Origin: Phoronis australis
Taxonomy: Eukaryota; Animalia; Phoronida
DNA length: 64,000 nt
NCBI GenBank assembly: GCA_002633005.1
Contig: NMRA01000301.1
Location: forward strand, 434,001-498,000
Direction of reading: 5' to 3'
Both the position numbers and the translations under genes were made by a program. The notes beneath the pieces were generated by a model. The model was not told the origin of the DNA. It searched no databases and worked only from the letters and a program-made list of their open reading frames with translations. Shown here piece by piece: positions 25,199 through 38,961 of this stretch. The stretch's first letter is position 1. Every line of letters starts with the position of its first letter.

Positions 25199-28100
25199 TG
25201 GCATTTAGCACTGAAGCTAATAAGTTCAAGTTTGATCTCAGAATCTCTAGTTTTTACTGAAGTTATAGGCTTGTAGCTCAAACCAAAGTCATCAAGTGCG
25301 AAGTTCGTGAACTATAGACACTAACCTGCACGCATTTGTTAATAATCGAAAACCATGAACAAAATAAGTAAAAACGCCTACTGGCAGCATATCGACTCAA
25401 GATAAGTGACCAAGCGCGAGCGCTGGCAAGATTCCAACAGGGTCTTGGTGAATCTGAAACTCAATACCTTGTAAAACCCTCATCTCTACGTCGCAATTAA
25501 TGCTCGTTATAGCAATCTTTTAGTGTAACTATTCATTAGTCTACACCAATCTTTACGTGACCTAGTTTTACGAGAACCTGTTTGTTACTCCTGAACATGT
25601 TCTCGTCACTGACTCAGCGAATTTTGTTTTGCATACACGACAGCAAAATCAAATGAACTGGTCGTGACCATCATCAATTTATAAATGTAATGCGCATGTT
25701 CAAAAATTCAGCGCCAAACTGACTTTTTTGCAGGCAAATGGAGATTAACTTTAGTTGGTGAAACAAGAGACTAGCAGAACGACTAAGGCCAACTGATATA
25801 TTATCCGCTTCGATCTTATATGAGACTAACCGTGTGCACAATTTGAAAGATACAATGGCCTAGATTTGGCAAAACCGATAATCAGAGGCAACACTTACCA
25901 GACTGCTAGTTGAGAAATTTGAAATTCAACTGACAGGGGACGCTAAAAACCGACGCTAAAATCTACTATGACCTCGAGAAAATAAACAATGTAGTAAATT
26001 CACAATATCCAATGGAAAACTGGGTAACAAAAAGACATTTCAAACGAACCAATCAGGATAAGTGTTGCATAAACAATTGCATCATTCATAGTATTATAAC
26101 CCACGCGTCCTGGCAAGCCGTAATTTAATTGGCGGATACAAACAAAGCCTCAGGAAAGGCTTTTGGGCGGCAGAAACGATTTTTGTTTACAAAAGTCCGT
26201 TGCTTTTATGTGACCATTCGTATAATCGCCTTGGAAACAGCGTCACCTTTCCTAAGTTACGATTAAAGAAGCCTACGCAGTACGGGACGCACAGTTTTGA
26301 TAAACAGCATATATCAGTGTACACTGACCACTTTTAAAAATTGTTTACATATGGACCTATCGCATACGTTCATGGTAACAAAGGTGCTTGCTGTGCTACG
26401 GTACTCAATTAATTTTTGACGGAGGAAAAGTTGAACAATTACTTCATCCGAGGGAGGAAGGGTGCTGGGATCCTAAAAATTTAAAAGTGTTCCAGATACC
26501 GTTAGTCTTGCAGGGGTATAACCCTTTCATCCGGTTTTTAAACACACAGCTGTGATGAGTTTTTAAACCACATAGGTAAAAGAATGCCCCGGGTTTTTCA
26601 TTTTTCAGAGGCGTCAAACCGATGCGTTTCATAGTTTCGAAAAACATTGTCAGCAGTATAGTCGTCAAGGTATGGTTGAAACTAGTGTCACTGACGGGAG
26701 CGCCGTCTATTGATGGAGTCCTGAGTTAAGGAGAATGAGATTCATGTGTTAGAGTGATTATTTGTATTTTAAAGGGTATCTGTTGATGTATTCCCTTATT
26801 TGGTACTTCCGATGACGAAATTTTCACTTTACATTTGATTGGTTTTTACGTTTCACTTGAGGACCCTATTTAAGCGCAACTTGATACATTCGCGGTGCGA
26901 ATTTCCTATAAAAATGGGCCCCAAACGCTCAAACTTTCGATTCTACCGGGTCTCAGGCCTCACCTCAAGGAATCCCAACCGAAGTAATAAGCTTTTAGAG
27001 TCTTTTCATTCTAACTTAATGATGAATTTAATGTTGTTCAGTGTATTTTTCTAGCTTATATAAATTTTTGAGTTATTTGTCAAAGCAGAGATGACGACGG
27101 AAGCTAATGCGATGAGTTGTAATTAAGTTTGTAGAGTTGTATTTTATATTTAGCGCATAATCAGTATATTAGTCTACTTCTCTCTTGTTTCACTCTCTAT
27201 AAGTTGTTACTATGGTTCTCAACCGAATGAAAAAGTACACAACGCTATGATCGTTATTTTTATCGGGTACGCCAACTCATAGGCGACTTTAGATGATGTA
27301 GATATCGGTGCTGGTCGCTCCACCGATTCCCGTTACCTTAGTAAAGCATTATTTTGTATGCTTATCATTTGTGAAAAATGTAAAAATGCACCCCTTGTCG
27401 CCCCACTATTAAAGTGGTGAGACTACAAGTGTAGAAGGTGTGATGTTGTCAAACACCGACACAAGGGGGGTTACTCAAAATAGAAACAATCAGTACTGGA
27501 AACAGACGACTCAACATAAGATGTATGCATTACTTACACAAGGAAAATAAAATGAATATAATCAGTTTAGTTTTGTGAAAATGTAAGCATTTAGAATCAT
27601 CATATATGGTTACTAGATGTTATGATATAAAGGTTTGATGCTAGTGTGAACATTAAACATCTCATTGGCAGCTTTTCAGCACATACATGCATTCAAACCC
27701 ACATTTGATGTTTTATTTTTTCTTAACTCTACTGCAAAAAATTCACTTTTTGGCGATAGGGTTGTACCTTAACATGACGTAACTCGAAAAAGAACAAGAG
27801 TCACGTGGAGAACTTTTGGCACAGTGTGTGGCAATGTTTTGGGTACCAGTAGAAGTGCCAGGTTTCAAAATGCAGTTTTGCGAATTTGTCGGCTAAGGAA
27901 GTTGATTTCCAGCCAGGTTCTTTTTGATCACACATGAAGGCCTAACACTGAGACATGTCATTATTCCATTGGTGAATGAACAACTCTATAGTCGTCACTG
28001 AACTCGACTGAGAAATTAGGTAAGTTTAAAAACAAAAAACGTGACAGTCAAGTTTATAGTCTCGAGCTACTACCGTAGCAATCAGTCGAGAAATGATATA

Positions 28101-28258
28101 CGTGTTGACGTAGGGTCGTTACCGACAGTAGTAAAGTCACCCAATCATTGAGTGGCACCCGGCCGCCACGTACTGACCGCATCCGTCTACGTGTAAATTA
28201 CGGGCAGTTCACGCGCTCTGGACCTGCCATGCTGCCATAACCTTGCACTGACACTGAA

Positions 28259-28311
28259 NNNNNNNNNNNNNNNNNNNNNNNNNNNNNNNNNNNNNNNNNN
28301 NNNNNNNNNNN
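28259..28311. other. Assembly gap
   Basis: N run next to poly-C. Confidence 0.99.
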
Positions 28312-28859
28312 CCCCCCCCCCCCCAATCCGCCTAGTTGTAGGCCTAGTACTTGTTCCGGCCCGTTTGCAATCCGGCCCACTTAAATCGAAATATTCCGAG
28401 TACGGGAACGTCCTGTATCGGAATTCCAATATTCCAGTCTCGAAATATAGAGCACTTAACAACAAATAGTCTCCTGCACAAACCCTCCTGGCATTTCTTG
28501 GTTCACACGCTATCCGATTACGTGGCGTCAACGTGTGAGTACCGGGGGGGAACCAGCAGCCTCCCGGTCAGTAACGCTAGGTCCTCGCTAAAATGCAAGA
28601 CTTCGCGAGATTACATGATATATTGCTGTGTATTTTGAATAAGATCACGTGCCTTTGGCTAGATTTTAGCTAGGTCCTAGCGTAGGTCCTAGCGTTATTG
28701 AACGAACAGAGATCTGACTTATGTAGGTAATAACTACTTCAGAATCCACTAGGCGGCGTGAATGTTCGACAGTCTTGGAAGGAAGGCAGTGACCCAAAAT
28801 CTCTGACGCACCACCTCTGGGCAGACGTTAAAGCTCAAACAGTCTTCGAATTCAAAGTG

Positions 28860-29990
28860 AGTGAACAATTTTGTGCTCAACTCAGCTGGAAGCTCCAGTG
28901 GCTGAGTGAAAATCCGTCATTTGTTGTTTAGTCAGTATAGTAATAAGCCTAATAAGGGGTCTCACCCACAATTGGATCCAGTCATTTCTATCCCATAGTC
29001 GGGATAGAACACAGAGAGTCGTCGTCGATGGCGAGTTCTCAAATTCCTCCCCAGCCAAGTCCAATCAGGAGTGCCCCAGGGCTCTGTCCTTGGCCTTGCA
29101 CTCTTCATACTCTACATAAACGACCTCCCTGACACCATTCTTTCTACTGTCCGGCTTTTTGCTGATGAAGCAGTTCTCTACAGACCCATTAGTTCCTCCC
29201 ACGATTGCCAAATTCTTCAACAAGACTAAATAGATCCCTAGCCTCTTGGGAAAACTCCTGGAAAATGAACTTTAATGTCTCCAAATGCAATACTCTTTGT
29301 ATCCACAGAAAACGTTCCTCCATAATGTACAATTACAGCGTCACACAACGCTTCACTCAAATGCATTAATGAAGCCCCATACTTCGGGGTCACTCTCACC
29401 AATAACTTATCATGGAACACTCATTATAGTGATATAGGCACATCACCTCAAAGGCAAACAAAACACTTTGCTTCATTAAACGAAATCTCAAATATGCTCC
29501 TCAAAAAACAAAAGCCCTTGCCTACACTTCACTTGTTAGACCAAAACTAGAATACTCCTCCTCTGTCTGGGATCCATCCACTCGTACAAACATTGAAAAA
29601 ATAGAAAAAATACTTCGTAGAGCAGGCAGGTTTGTTTTAAATGACCACTCAAGGTATTCCTTCATTTCATCCATGGTCAAAACTCTCAATTGGCCCACCC
29701 TCCAGGAAAGACGAGCTCAGAACAAACTATTCCTTCTGTACAAGACCATACATAACCTGGTTGCTATTCCTCACTCATACCTTCCACTCCTACAGTCCTC
29801 CAGATCACGAAACTCCCACCCCCGTACCTTTGAGAGATTATACAACCGCACTGCATACTACGCAAACTCTTTTATCTACCATTCTACTCTGGAATAGACT
29901 ACCACAATTCGCCATCTCATCAGAAACAATAGAAATATTCACAAGTCACATCTTGAACATCAATCTTACACAGTAATCATTATCTTGGCA
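28860..29990 (+). mobile_element. 5'-truncated LINE (CR1/L2-group) RT and 3' end
   Basis: WIQSFL, QRVVVDGE, SGVPQGSVLG, LYINDLP, LFADE, FNVSKC, YTSLVRPKLEYSSSVWDP, LNWPTLQERR; stops and frameshifts. Confidence 0.92.
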
Positions 29991-30033
29991 CTAACCAGCA
30001 CTTTGTTTTATCGTTATTTTTCACAGTTAAATG

Positions 30034-31122
30034 CAGAGGCGGATCTACGGGGGGGGTTCAGGGGGTTTAAACCCCCCCCTTGGGCCAGGACCCAAAATTA
30101 AAAAAAAACAAAAACGTCGTCACCAAAACAAAAACGACACCACCAGCGTGTGTAAACCCCAAGTAAACCAACTTGGAAAAAAATGAGGGGAGGGGGGTTC
30201 ACTCTGAAAAAATAAATTTTTGAATTGCAAATTGCTGTTATGAAAATCAACGCATTTTGAGTCTTCGTGGATCATCGGCAAAACGCGCGGAGATCAATTG
30301 TGGGCGCGCTTCCGTCGACACTTCTGAAGTTGCCAAGCATTTTAGATGGATTCACCGCTGAAAGAGCAGCTCTATAGCTGATTTCTTTAGATAACTAGCT
30401 TCTTTACTCTAAGATATAATTTGATTTGATTAGGGGAAATACTGTGGTGCCGCAACCCTGATATTCAGGCAAATTGACGTGCAACGTTTTTACCTCATCT
30501 GTCATTCCATTATACCCTACACGTTTGTAACTCGAATTTGACTGGTGTATAGTAAAGTTGTCTTGCGCAATACATACAGTGTAGCCTACATGTACATGTA
30601 GTATTTTTGAAAAGAACTCGTTTTCCGAAGAATTACTATTGTCGCGGGCGCCGTGGTCTGGTCGCGGAACCGTTTGAAGATGCACTCTAACAAGCTATGT
30701 CTATACAAAAAATGACCAAGGGGGCACTCACATTGACAAAGTGACCGCATTCGCGAACAGTGTACAGTACCAGAAATTGCGNNNNNNNNNNNNNNNNNNN
30801 NNNNNNNNNNNNNNNNNNNNNNNNNNNNNNNNNNNNNNNNNNNNNNNNNNNNNNNNNNNNNNNNNNNNNNNNNNNNNNNNNNNNNNNNNNNNNNNNNNNN
30901 NNNNNNNNNNNNNNNNNNNNNNNNNNNNNNNNNNNNNNNNNNNNNNNNNNNNNNNNNNNNNNNNNNNNNNNNNNNNNNNNNNNNNNNNNNNNNNNNNNNN
31001 NNNNNNNNNNNNNNNNNNNNNNNNNNNNNNNNNCCCCCCCCCTCTCGGCGCCACGCGCCTAGGATTCGACCTTTGCGGGAATCCTAAACCCCCCCCTTAC
31101 TGAAAACGTAGATCCGCCCCTG
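30034..31122. mobile_element. Non-autonomous DNA transposon with 5-bp TSD (hAT5-like); contains gap 30782-31033
   Basis: TIR CAGAGGCGGATCTACG / CGTAGATCCGCCCCTG flanked by AAATG on both sides. Confidence 0.8.
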
Positions 31123-31229
31123 AAATGCACCTAAGTTTTATACTAACAATGCGCCAACAAGAAAGGATCGATACCACGATTGTTTGTTGATTTTTGGAAG
31201 AAGAAGAAGAAGGGGCCCCAAAGGCTAAC

Positions 31230-32450
31230 AAAGTGTAGTGAACATACCCCCATGTGGAATTCAGTAATGCAAATGAAAATGATGCCTTTTAAATATAACA
31301 ATATGGTGCTTATTGTCACCAAGAAAAATAAATGGTCATACAACATTATGTTACCATGTGATGCAGAAACAGTGATGTAGTGTACGTACCCCCATGTTTA
31401 CAAATGCCATGAAATTAAAAAATCACTTGGTAAGTGAGCAACATTGGTCATAGACAGTTTCCTTCCTTAAAAATGTTAGGTTAAAAGGGTGTTTATTGCA
31501 AATACATTTGTTTTGAGTGAAATATAATTTGTGTAGTGTTCGTACCCCATATTTTAATTTGTGCCTATTTTCAAAGTATGGCAGATATGCACATGAATGC
31601 TGTGCTTTTCATTTTTTCTCTTTGAATTGATTTCGTAAATCAACTAACTCTCAGTAGATTCTTAAAGTATTTAGTTACAACCTGACATGTCATTGAAATG
31701 TATTGTACGCCAGAGTGAATGTACGTACCCCTGTGTTGTGTACGTAGACCGATTTGAACAAATACTATGAAACAAAAATATCACACGGTATGTATTTGTT
31801 ACAAACAATTTCCTCTTTTAAAAATGCTAGGTTAAAAGGGTGTTAATTACAAATGCTTTTGTTTTGAGTGAAATATTAGCATTTGTGTAGTGTATCATTT
31901 TATGTACCCCTATATTTTAACATGCGCCTGTTTTCAAAGAATGACAGACAGAAACATCTATGCTGTACTTTTTATTTTTTCACTTTGAATTGATTTAGTA
32001 AATCATCTAACTCTCTAGATTCAAAATTTTTTTATAAACCTGACAAGTCATTGAAATGTAGTGTACGTACCCCTGTGTAGTGTACGTACCCCTGTGTAGT
32101 GTACGTACCCCTATGTAGTGTATGTACCTTCAACCTCTGTGCTATAAAGTATTGCCCACAAGTATTTTACATACTAGCTGTTCTCATGAACAATAACCAG
32201 AATGCATCCAGTCTGACAAAAAAAATCATTGGGCAATAAAATGTCACACAGGAATAATCTAGTAACATCCTAGAAGACACGTCATGTGACAACTGATGTT
32301 GCAGAGGCAGGTTCTCTATCTCTCAAGACAACTTGCAATAAAACAACTAGTAGAGGCAGCACAAAACTCGAGATCATCCCATACATTTGTAACTTAGTCA
32401 AAATTTAATGTTGATTGACTGAGCATAGTGTACGTACCCCCCTAAACAGT
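31230..32450 (+). repeat. Region with repeated GTAGTGTACGTACCCC motif and a ~350-bp diverged tandem duplication
   Basis: Motif at ~31378, 31533, 31719, 32058-32110 (three 20-bp units) and 32426; 31455-31740 resembles 31808-32080. Confidence 0.75.
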
Positions 32451-32811
32451 ACCATTTTTTACTATTTACTAGTTGAACACTGTGGTCTAGCATTGCTTTA
32501 ACTATTTTTACCATCTGGAGAATGTGTTGAAAATTAAGCAAATAGCACCTATAAAGTTTTTGAAAAAAAAGGTTACTTGTCATTTTCTTTTTTAAAGAAT
32601 CATAGTGCAAGAGAGAAGTCCTCATTATACTGTGTTAAGATATATGCATTTGTATCATCATCTAGCACAACTTATCAGCACGGTAATAACTTTTCTTACT
32701 TTACTATGTGATACTTCTTCAATTTGATCAAGAACATATTAAATTAACAGCTACCTCCTGAATTTTTGCATGATAGAAGTGGGCTGTAACCACAAGTTGT
32801 TGTGTACGTAC

Positions 32812-33044
32812 AACAGCTTATTATTTAAAATGACTTATTCTTATTAAAATGACATAGGCAAAAAATTGAATTTTGGACCTCAAAAGCGAGGCCCCCTATA
32901 TTAATATAGGGGGCCCCGCTCTCCGGCCTCCTTTCGGCGGGGCCTCCTATATTAATATAGGGGGCCTCGCTTTTGAGGTCCAAAATTCAATTTTTTGCCT
33001 ATGTCATTTTAATAAGAATAAGTCATTTTAAATAATAAGCTGTT
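32812..33044. repeat. Near-perfect 233-bp palindrome (foldback)
   Basis: ~108-bp arms with one visible mismatch around a 17-nt spacer; each arm has an internal palindrome GGCCCCCTATATTAATATAGGGGGCC. Confidence 0.92.
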
Positions 33045-33503
33045 TTATACAACTGTGATGCAGTAGGCCATAAAATTTTATTCGGTGGTTCTTGCGCAAA
33101 AATATTTTAGATTAAAAACCTGGATTGATGGTACTTTAAAATAACGTAGCTTTTACAGTTATATGACAACCTTCATTTTTCACCAAAAGTGGCCACCTAA
33201 TATGGACCTTGATTGTGATTTGCCCGTGTATGATTTATGAAGACTATCGTTAACATTTTAGTACACAGCTTTGCACTGCTGTGCGTGAACTTGGAATCAT
33301 GCACAGCATCACAAGGCTAGGTAGCCAGCCAGCTAGCCTTGGAGCAAAGCTGTACACTTGTTAGCTGTATGAAGACTATCGTCAAAACACTTATTTAGTA
33401 TACAGCTTTGCGCCTAGACTAAAGGCTTGGCTACTACGTGATGCTTGGCCTTGTCACAAAGTTCTATACTAAATAAGTATTTTGTCGATAGTCTTCATAC
33501 AGC

Positions 33504-34207
33504 CACAGGCGTCCTCAGCTTCTGATCGTCCCCAATACATTATACATAATACTACGAGGTATGACACTCCAGACGAGAAATTCCACAGGTGCTTCACTTC
33601 AACCATCCATAGCAAACACAAAACTCATTGAGTTCACACAAAACAGAAGTTCAACAAACCATGAGGAATTGTTCTTTCTCCTAATACTATTCAGGGTGTC
33701 CAGCTCTACCGAGTTTGCAAGAAATTTGCGGTCAAAGCACAAAAATCTTCCCAAAAAGTCCGTCCGGAGCAACTCCCGTGTCGCACGTGAAGGGTACAGA
33801 ATTATCAGATGAGTTATGGATGAACAGCAATTGTCGATTCATGATCACAGAAAGTCACGGCATTGATTACTCGGCAATTGCCGTTCATCCGTAACTCATT
33901 GGATAATTCCGTAGCCTTTGCATGCGACACGGGAGTTGCTCCGGACGAGCTTTTTGGTAAGTTTTTTTGTGCTTTGACTGCGAATTTCTTGCGAACTCGG
34001 TGGAGCATGACACCATAAAAGGTATTGGGAGAAATAAAAATTTCCCATGGTTTGTTGAACCTCTGTTTTGTGTAAACTTATTGAGTTTTGTGTTTGTTAT
34101 GGACGGCTGAAGTGAAGCACCCGTGGAATTTCTAGTCCGGAGTGTCATGCCTTGTAGTATTATATATATAGTGTATTGGGGACGATCAGAAGCTGAGGAC
34201 GCCTGTG
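33504..34207. mobile_element. 704-bp foldback DNA element with ~300-bp TIRs and 8-bp TSD (P- or hAT-like)
   Basis: CACAGG...CCTGTG termini; CATACAGC at 33496-33503 and 34208-34215; mirrored ORFs 33561+ and 34148- reflect the two arms. Confidence 0.9.
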
Positions 34208-35238
34208 CATACAGCTAGCTGGCTGGTTCCGTGATGCTAGCCTTGCTGCATAGTAGACAGTGACCTGCACCATCTCTACTAGGCCCTACTAGTAGTACTC
34301 TAGCTGTCCCCAAGGCCAAGGCAAACAGTAGAGACGGTGAAGCTCCTGTCGCTGTAGGAACTTCGTACACTGGATGCTTTTCAGCCTCACACTGATTAAA
34401 ACACGTAAGTCACGTTCTTATAAGTACCTTTTGCACTTAGGGAACACCTTAGGAGGCTGTCGATATCTTTAATTCCTTCCAACTCGAACAAGTACTCTCG
34501 TAGTCAAACTTTTTCTTTGTGCAGTCCTTCGTTCAGTTGCTCAAATTGGCAATTCTTATAGCATCGAGCCCTGTAATGCCTTAAACAAAGTTACTGTTTC
34601 AAAAATGATACCGTATTCGATTAGGTTATGTTAAAAGAATTCAGATGATGTTGATAAAATCCAAACATCTTATGTCCATCTTTACTTACCCCCTCCTCAG
34701 AAGGTACTGTAACCATTTGTTGTCCCAAGTGCATACCCTGGCTAATCCTTACCAATAATGAGCTGTGACCATCTCTTTGTTATCATTTATTTATTTATTG
34801 TGTCAAATGCAATAGAAAAGTGCTCTGAAGAGATACTTGGTAGTGTGGCTATTGTCAGCTGTGTAAATTATTTACAGAGTTCAGAGAGACAGTGGAAGGT
34901 ATGTATGCTGAAAAAACATGCCTGCTAAAGTACCCATGCCCGCTGGTTTCTTACTATGTCGTCCTATTTCTGGCTGCTTGTTCCTTGGAAGTAGCGACCA
35001 ACTACTCCACAGTCATGTAAAGTTTTTGTCTATACCTGCCACAGTAAGTGATCACCGCATACTGCTATGTTCATTGCTTGCAACGTTCCTTTTACTTGAT
35101 AAATGTATGTACCCTGAGTCAATAGTTCTGAGCATTTGGATGACTGTTCAAATGCATGTTCTTTTTTCAAACTTGTTTAAGTACGCTTACTACTAATAAA
35201 AAACTGATGCTATTTTTGGTCACTTAAAGATAGTTTAA

Positions 35239-36638
35239 GGTTATCTCCAACCTTATTTAGTGGCCTCCATTCTAACTTGTATGTCAAAAAAACTAAGCTT
35301 TGTCAACTAGTAGAAGTATATTTTCTGAAAGAACAAAGACCAGGAAATATAAATATACTTTTTGTATTTATGTTCCATTACTTTTACTTAAAAACCTTTT
35401 TAAGTCAAAATTTCATTTTTAAGAATGGTACATTTCATAGCAAAATAATCCCTCGGTCGATTTTAATGAAACCTTTGTTAAATGAAACTTCACCAGTTAC
35501 CTCAAAAACGCTGTTAGGAATTTTTGATTAGTCTGTTCGTTTGGTTTCTATAATAAATCGACTTGCAAATCGTAAGGTATTTTTGTAAAAAATTGAAGTC
35601 GTATTCGTCTTTGTCACATAACACAAAAACTAGGCCTTTATATCAAAAATCGTAAAAGGGTTTTTGAGATTGATTACTAAGTATAAAGTTTGGAAAGTTT
35701 CAGCGAAATCCATCGAGCTGTTTTTGAGAACTAGAGTTCCTAAGTTCAAATAAAGTCGATTTGCTGAAGCCGAGAAGCCGAGAAAAAGCCGATTATACTG
35801 GGACAAGTGAAAATCTCAAAGTCTTCGGTTAATTATTAGGTGAAAATTCGTTTTCGGTAGACATCCTTAACTGTGTTAGCTATTTCAATGTCCTCTCTCA
35901 ATGTCAACTATTTTGCAGTGCATATATTATCATTAAAACCTCAAATAGACGTATCATTCTTAGCCAACTTTTACTGTTATTTACGACCTACTTGCTAAGG
36001 GTCATAGTTCATAGCCTGTACACGTCACGTGCTGGGAGACTGACACGAAACCACATAAGAAATGGATTACAAAAATTGAATAGGTGGTTAAAGTATGTCA
36101 TTAGCATGAGATCGAAACATCGAAATGTCAACTTATTAATTGATATAAGGAATTGGGGTGAGGATTTATCTCTTTTCACAACTTTCTGTGTTCAAGACCT
36201 CAGAGGCCTGAGGCAACTCGTAGCATTCATTTCAACGCCAAAGGTCGTATGCATGTAGACACACAACTCCCTTAGGATTAAATTACACTTTGTCTTTGTT
36301 TTGCCTGACGCCATTCTTATCATAAGTACACCTCGTTGGCTCAATGTTATGGCGACTTTGTGACTGAAAGGACTGAGGGTATACGAAGCTGTTCTGTACC
36401 TGGCGGGAGATTTGATTTAATTGAAAGCCCTTTAACCTTTGACCTTGTATAAGTAGTAAACAAATATCCTGGCGGTTGTGCGGTTCCAAGGTGGTCCTGC
36501 TAAATCTTTTTTTTCTCTCGCTGCGCGGTATATATTTTGTATTTGAAGTTCCCTGAGAATGAAGATAAGGTATTTTGCTAGATACAAGTGAAATATTGTA
36601 AAAATGGCCAATTTTTGTGAATAAGTTTGGAGATAACC
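35239..36638. mobile_element. Kolobok-like non-autonomous transposon
   Basis: TTAA-GGTTATCTCCAACCTTATT ... AATAAGTTTGGAGATAACC-TTAA. Confidence 0.8.
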
Positions 36639-37158
36639 TTAATATTGAAAGAACTGCTTTTTCATACTGTTCCATGATCATGTCTACATTAATTTCCGGG
36701 AACACAATAAAGACATTTGATTGCCTATATTTAGTTTGTTAATTCTTCAAAATGATCTTTTGAGATTGTGCTTAATAATTTCTTCCCATGAAACCATGTG
36801 TATTTTTTAACGTGAGTGCTGCCACAAAATCAACAGAGATGAAATGATCAAGTGTACTGAGACTAAATGGGGTGATGCTTTCATACATTCTGGCGATACC
36901 AGGAATTTAGTCCTAAGAGATTTCAGTTTGAGTTATCGCTCAAGAAAAAGATTGTTATGCACATCATGCCGATGAGCTCCTTCATGGCCTTATGTTTTGA
37001 AAGAATCAATTTTTTGTCCTAAAAACGCACGAACGTGAGCATGGACAGTGCATGGTGGAGAACGACTACAGAGTTCAGTGCTGTAAAGCTTGCTGACTTA
37101 GAGTAGAAGTAAGGGTTGATGAGTCTGTATTAAGATAATATTTGAATACATCTTTCAG

Positions 37159-37217
37159 ATGAGCCAGAAGAAGTTTCAAATTGCAGACCGCTTAAAGCCT
37201 TGTGTTCAAAATGTCTG
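37159..37217 (+). CDS. KYAT: Kynurenine--oxoglutarate/glutamine transaminase (KYAT1/3-like), coding exon 1
   Basis: tctttcag|ATG; MSQKKFQIADRLKPCVQNV(W); donor gtaag; matches the KYAT N-terminal R-L/I-x5-W. Confidence 0.85.
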
Positions 37218-37697
37218 GTAAGATTCACTGTGTTATGATTCATTGAATAGTAATAGAGCAATAGCTGACTTTCAAAATATTGTTGCAATATTGAAATTCA
37301 CAATCTTGCCATACAGCGATTGGGTCTTTGGTGGATAGGTGCCATATGCCACCTACAGATTCCATGTGTAATGCGGATGAAAGGTTTCAACCTACTGGTA
37401 TGAACAGCATTTTAACGCCTTTCATGCTGTTGTAATGCCAGTACATTTCCAGCACTGTTCGGTGTTATGTACTAAATGCCTTATGAAAAAAGGCAAACCT
37501 TATGAAATATCAACAGAGGAACATGGAGATCATGTTCTATACATTTCTCACTGAGAAGAACTATCCGCGACAAAGCCAGTGTCAGGTGCTCATAAAGTAA
37601 GAGAATTCCTATCACAGCCAGTGTCAAAAAGCTAAAATATATTGTGAACTTAACGTCACTGCCTACCTTCGATGTAATGGTTGAAACTAAATGGTCC

Positions 37698-37986
37698 CAC
37701 ATAGATTAATTCTTATTGACACAACCACGCAAACACGCTGTATCTTGACAGTTTCGGCTACTCACAGCAGCCAACTTCGGAAGCTATTGGACACTAGGTG
37801 GCGAGGTGATGACACTATTCCAAATTTTAGACATTTTATACCCCCCATCATCTCTTTTCATAACTTTCGGACTCGACAGGACGATCGTCTTTCCAGTTAA
37901 TTACATGGTTAAAAGCAAGAGCGTGGTCCGTCACTGCAAGGTACAGCGTTTTTGCTTGGTTGTGTCAATAAAAATTAATCTATGTG
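37698..37986. mobile_element. MITE with ~50-bp TIRs
   Basis: CACATAGATTAATTCTTATTGACACAACC / GGTTGTGTCAATAAAAATTAATCTATGTG. Confidence 0.75.
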
Positions 37987-38961
37987 TTCTCTACCAACCT
38001 TATGAAATTATTTAGTGAAATTATTTAGTGAAGCTAAATGGTATTTTCTCATTACGCAAAACTTTTTTCAGGTGATGTAAACACCATAAAAATATCTTTA
38101 GTAATTATGTGCTATTTAGTACTAACATCTTTGACGCTGAGTCAAATACACGTGAAGTTTGTTTACAAGTGATTCCAATCGCGTGACCTTGTGGGCAGAG
38201 CTTGTGTAAGGACTAAAAACAGGTGCTGTCAGACGATTGACTGTGGGTTTGTTCAAAAGGTAGCTATGCTTTGAGATTGTGCCTAGATGGAATGTGAATA
38301 TTAATCAAATCCAGTAATTAATTTATTATAGGATAAGCCCTAATTAGACAAGTGAAACCTGTTGTTAATTAAGTAATCAACTACAAAGAAGAGTAACTAC
38401 ACTAGCGCCCTCTTTAAGAATTACCTCAATCAATCTACCAAAATAATAAAATGTCTTATATGCTATCCAAGCTAGGGGTCTCCACTTGTTGGATGACTGT
38501 CCTGTTGGTGAATATACGAACTACACACACTGTGTAGCGACAGTGTACTTGCTGGACACCATCTTTGGTGATGCAACACTTGCAGGCAATTTCTTCTACC
38601 CGCGATTCTTCTTGCTGGTCACAGTCTCTGGCTGGTGACGCAACACTTCAGGTAGTATCTTACTACCCACAGTGCAAGTGACAAGCTCTTAGTTAACTTC
38701 CTGTTCGTTAACCCTTGCCCAAGATCCTTTCTAGAATCTTCCATGAGATAGCCCTGTCGTACAATTTCCTCTGTACACTGTAGCAAGTCTTTATGCTTCA
38801 ACTACTATAGCGCATCTGAATTTCTTTTTGACTTAAGCCCATGTTATAATATTCTACTTATTAGTGAACAACTTATCTCTTCTGTTAAATTCAAAGAGTT
38901 TTTGTGGACCACAGAGTTCTCAAATTCTCCTGGTACTCAAAACATCACTTTGATACTCTAG

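Noticed and set aside
30728-31103. ORFs spanning X runs
   Set aside because: Artefacts of the N gap.
33561-34148. Apparent paralogous ORF family MTLxTRNST (also at 15021)
   Set aside because: Mirror images from the TIR arms of a non-coding foldback element; frames diverge between copies.
36283-36705. 140-aa minus-strand ORF
   Set aside because: Crosses a Kolobok-like TIR boundary and shows no recognisable motif.
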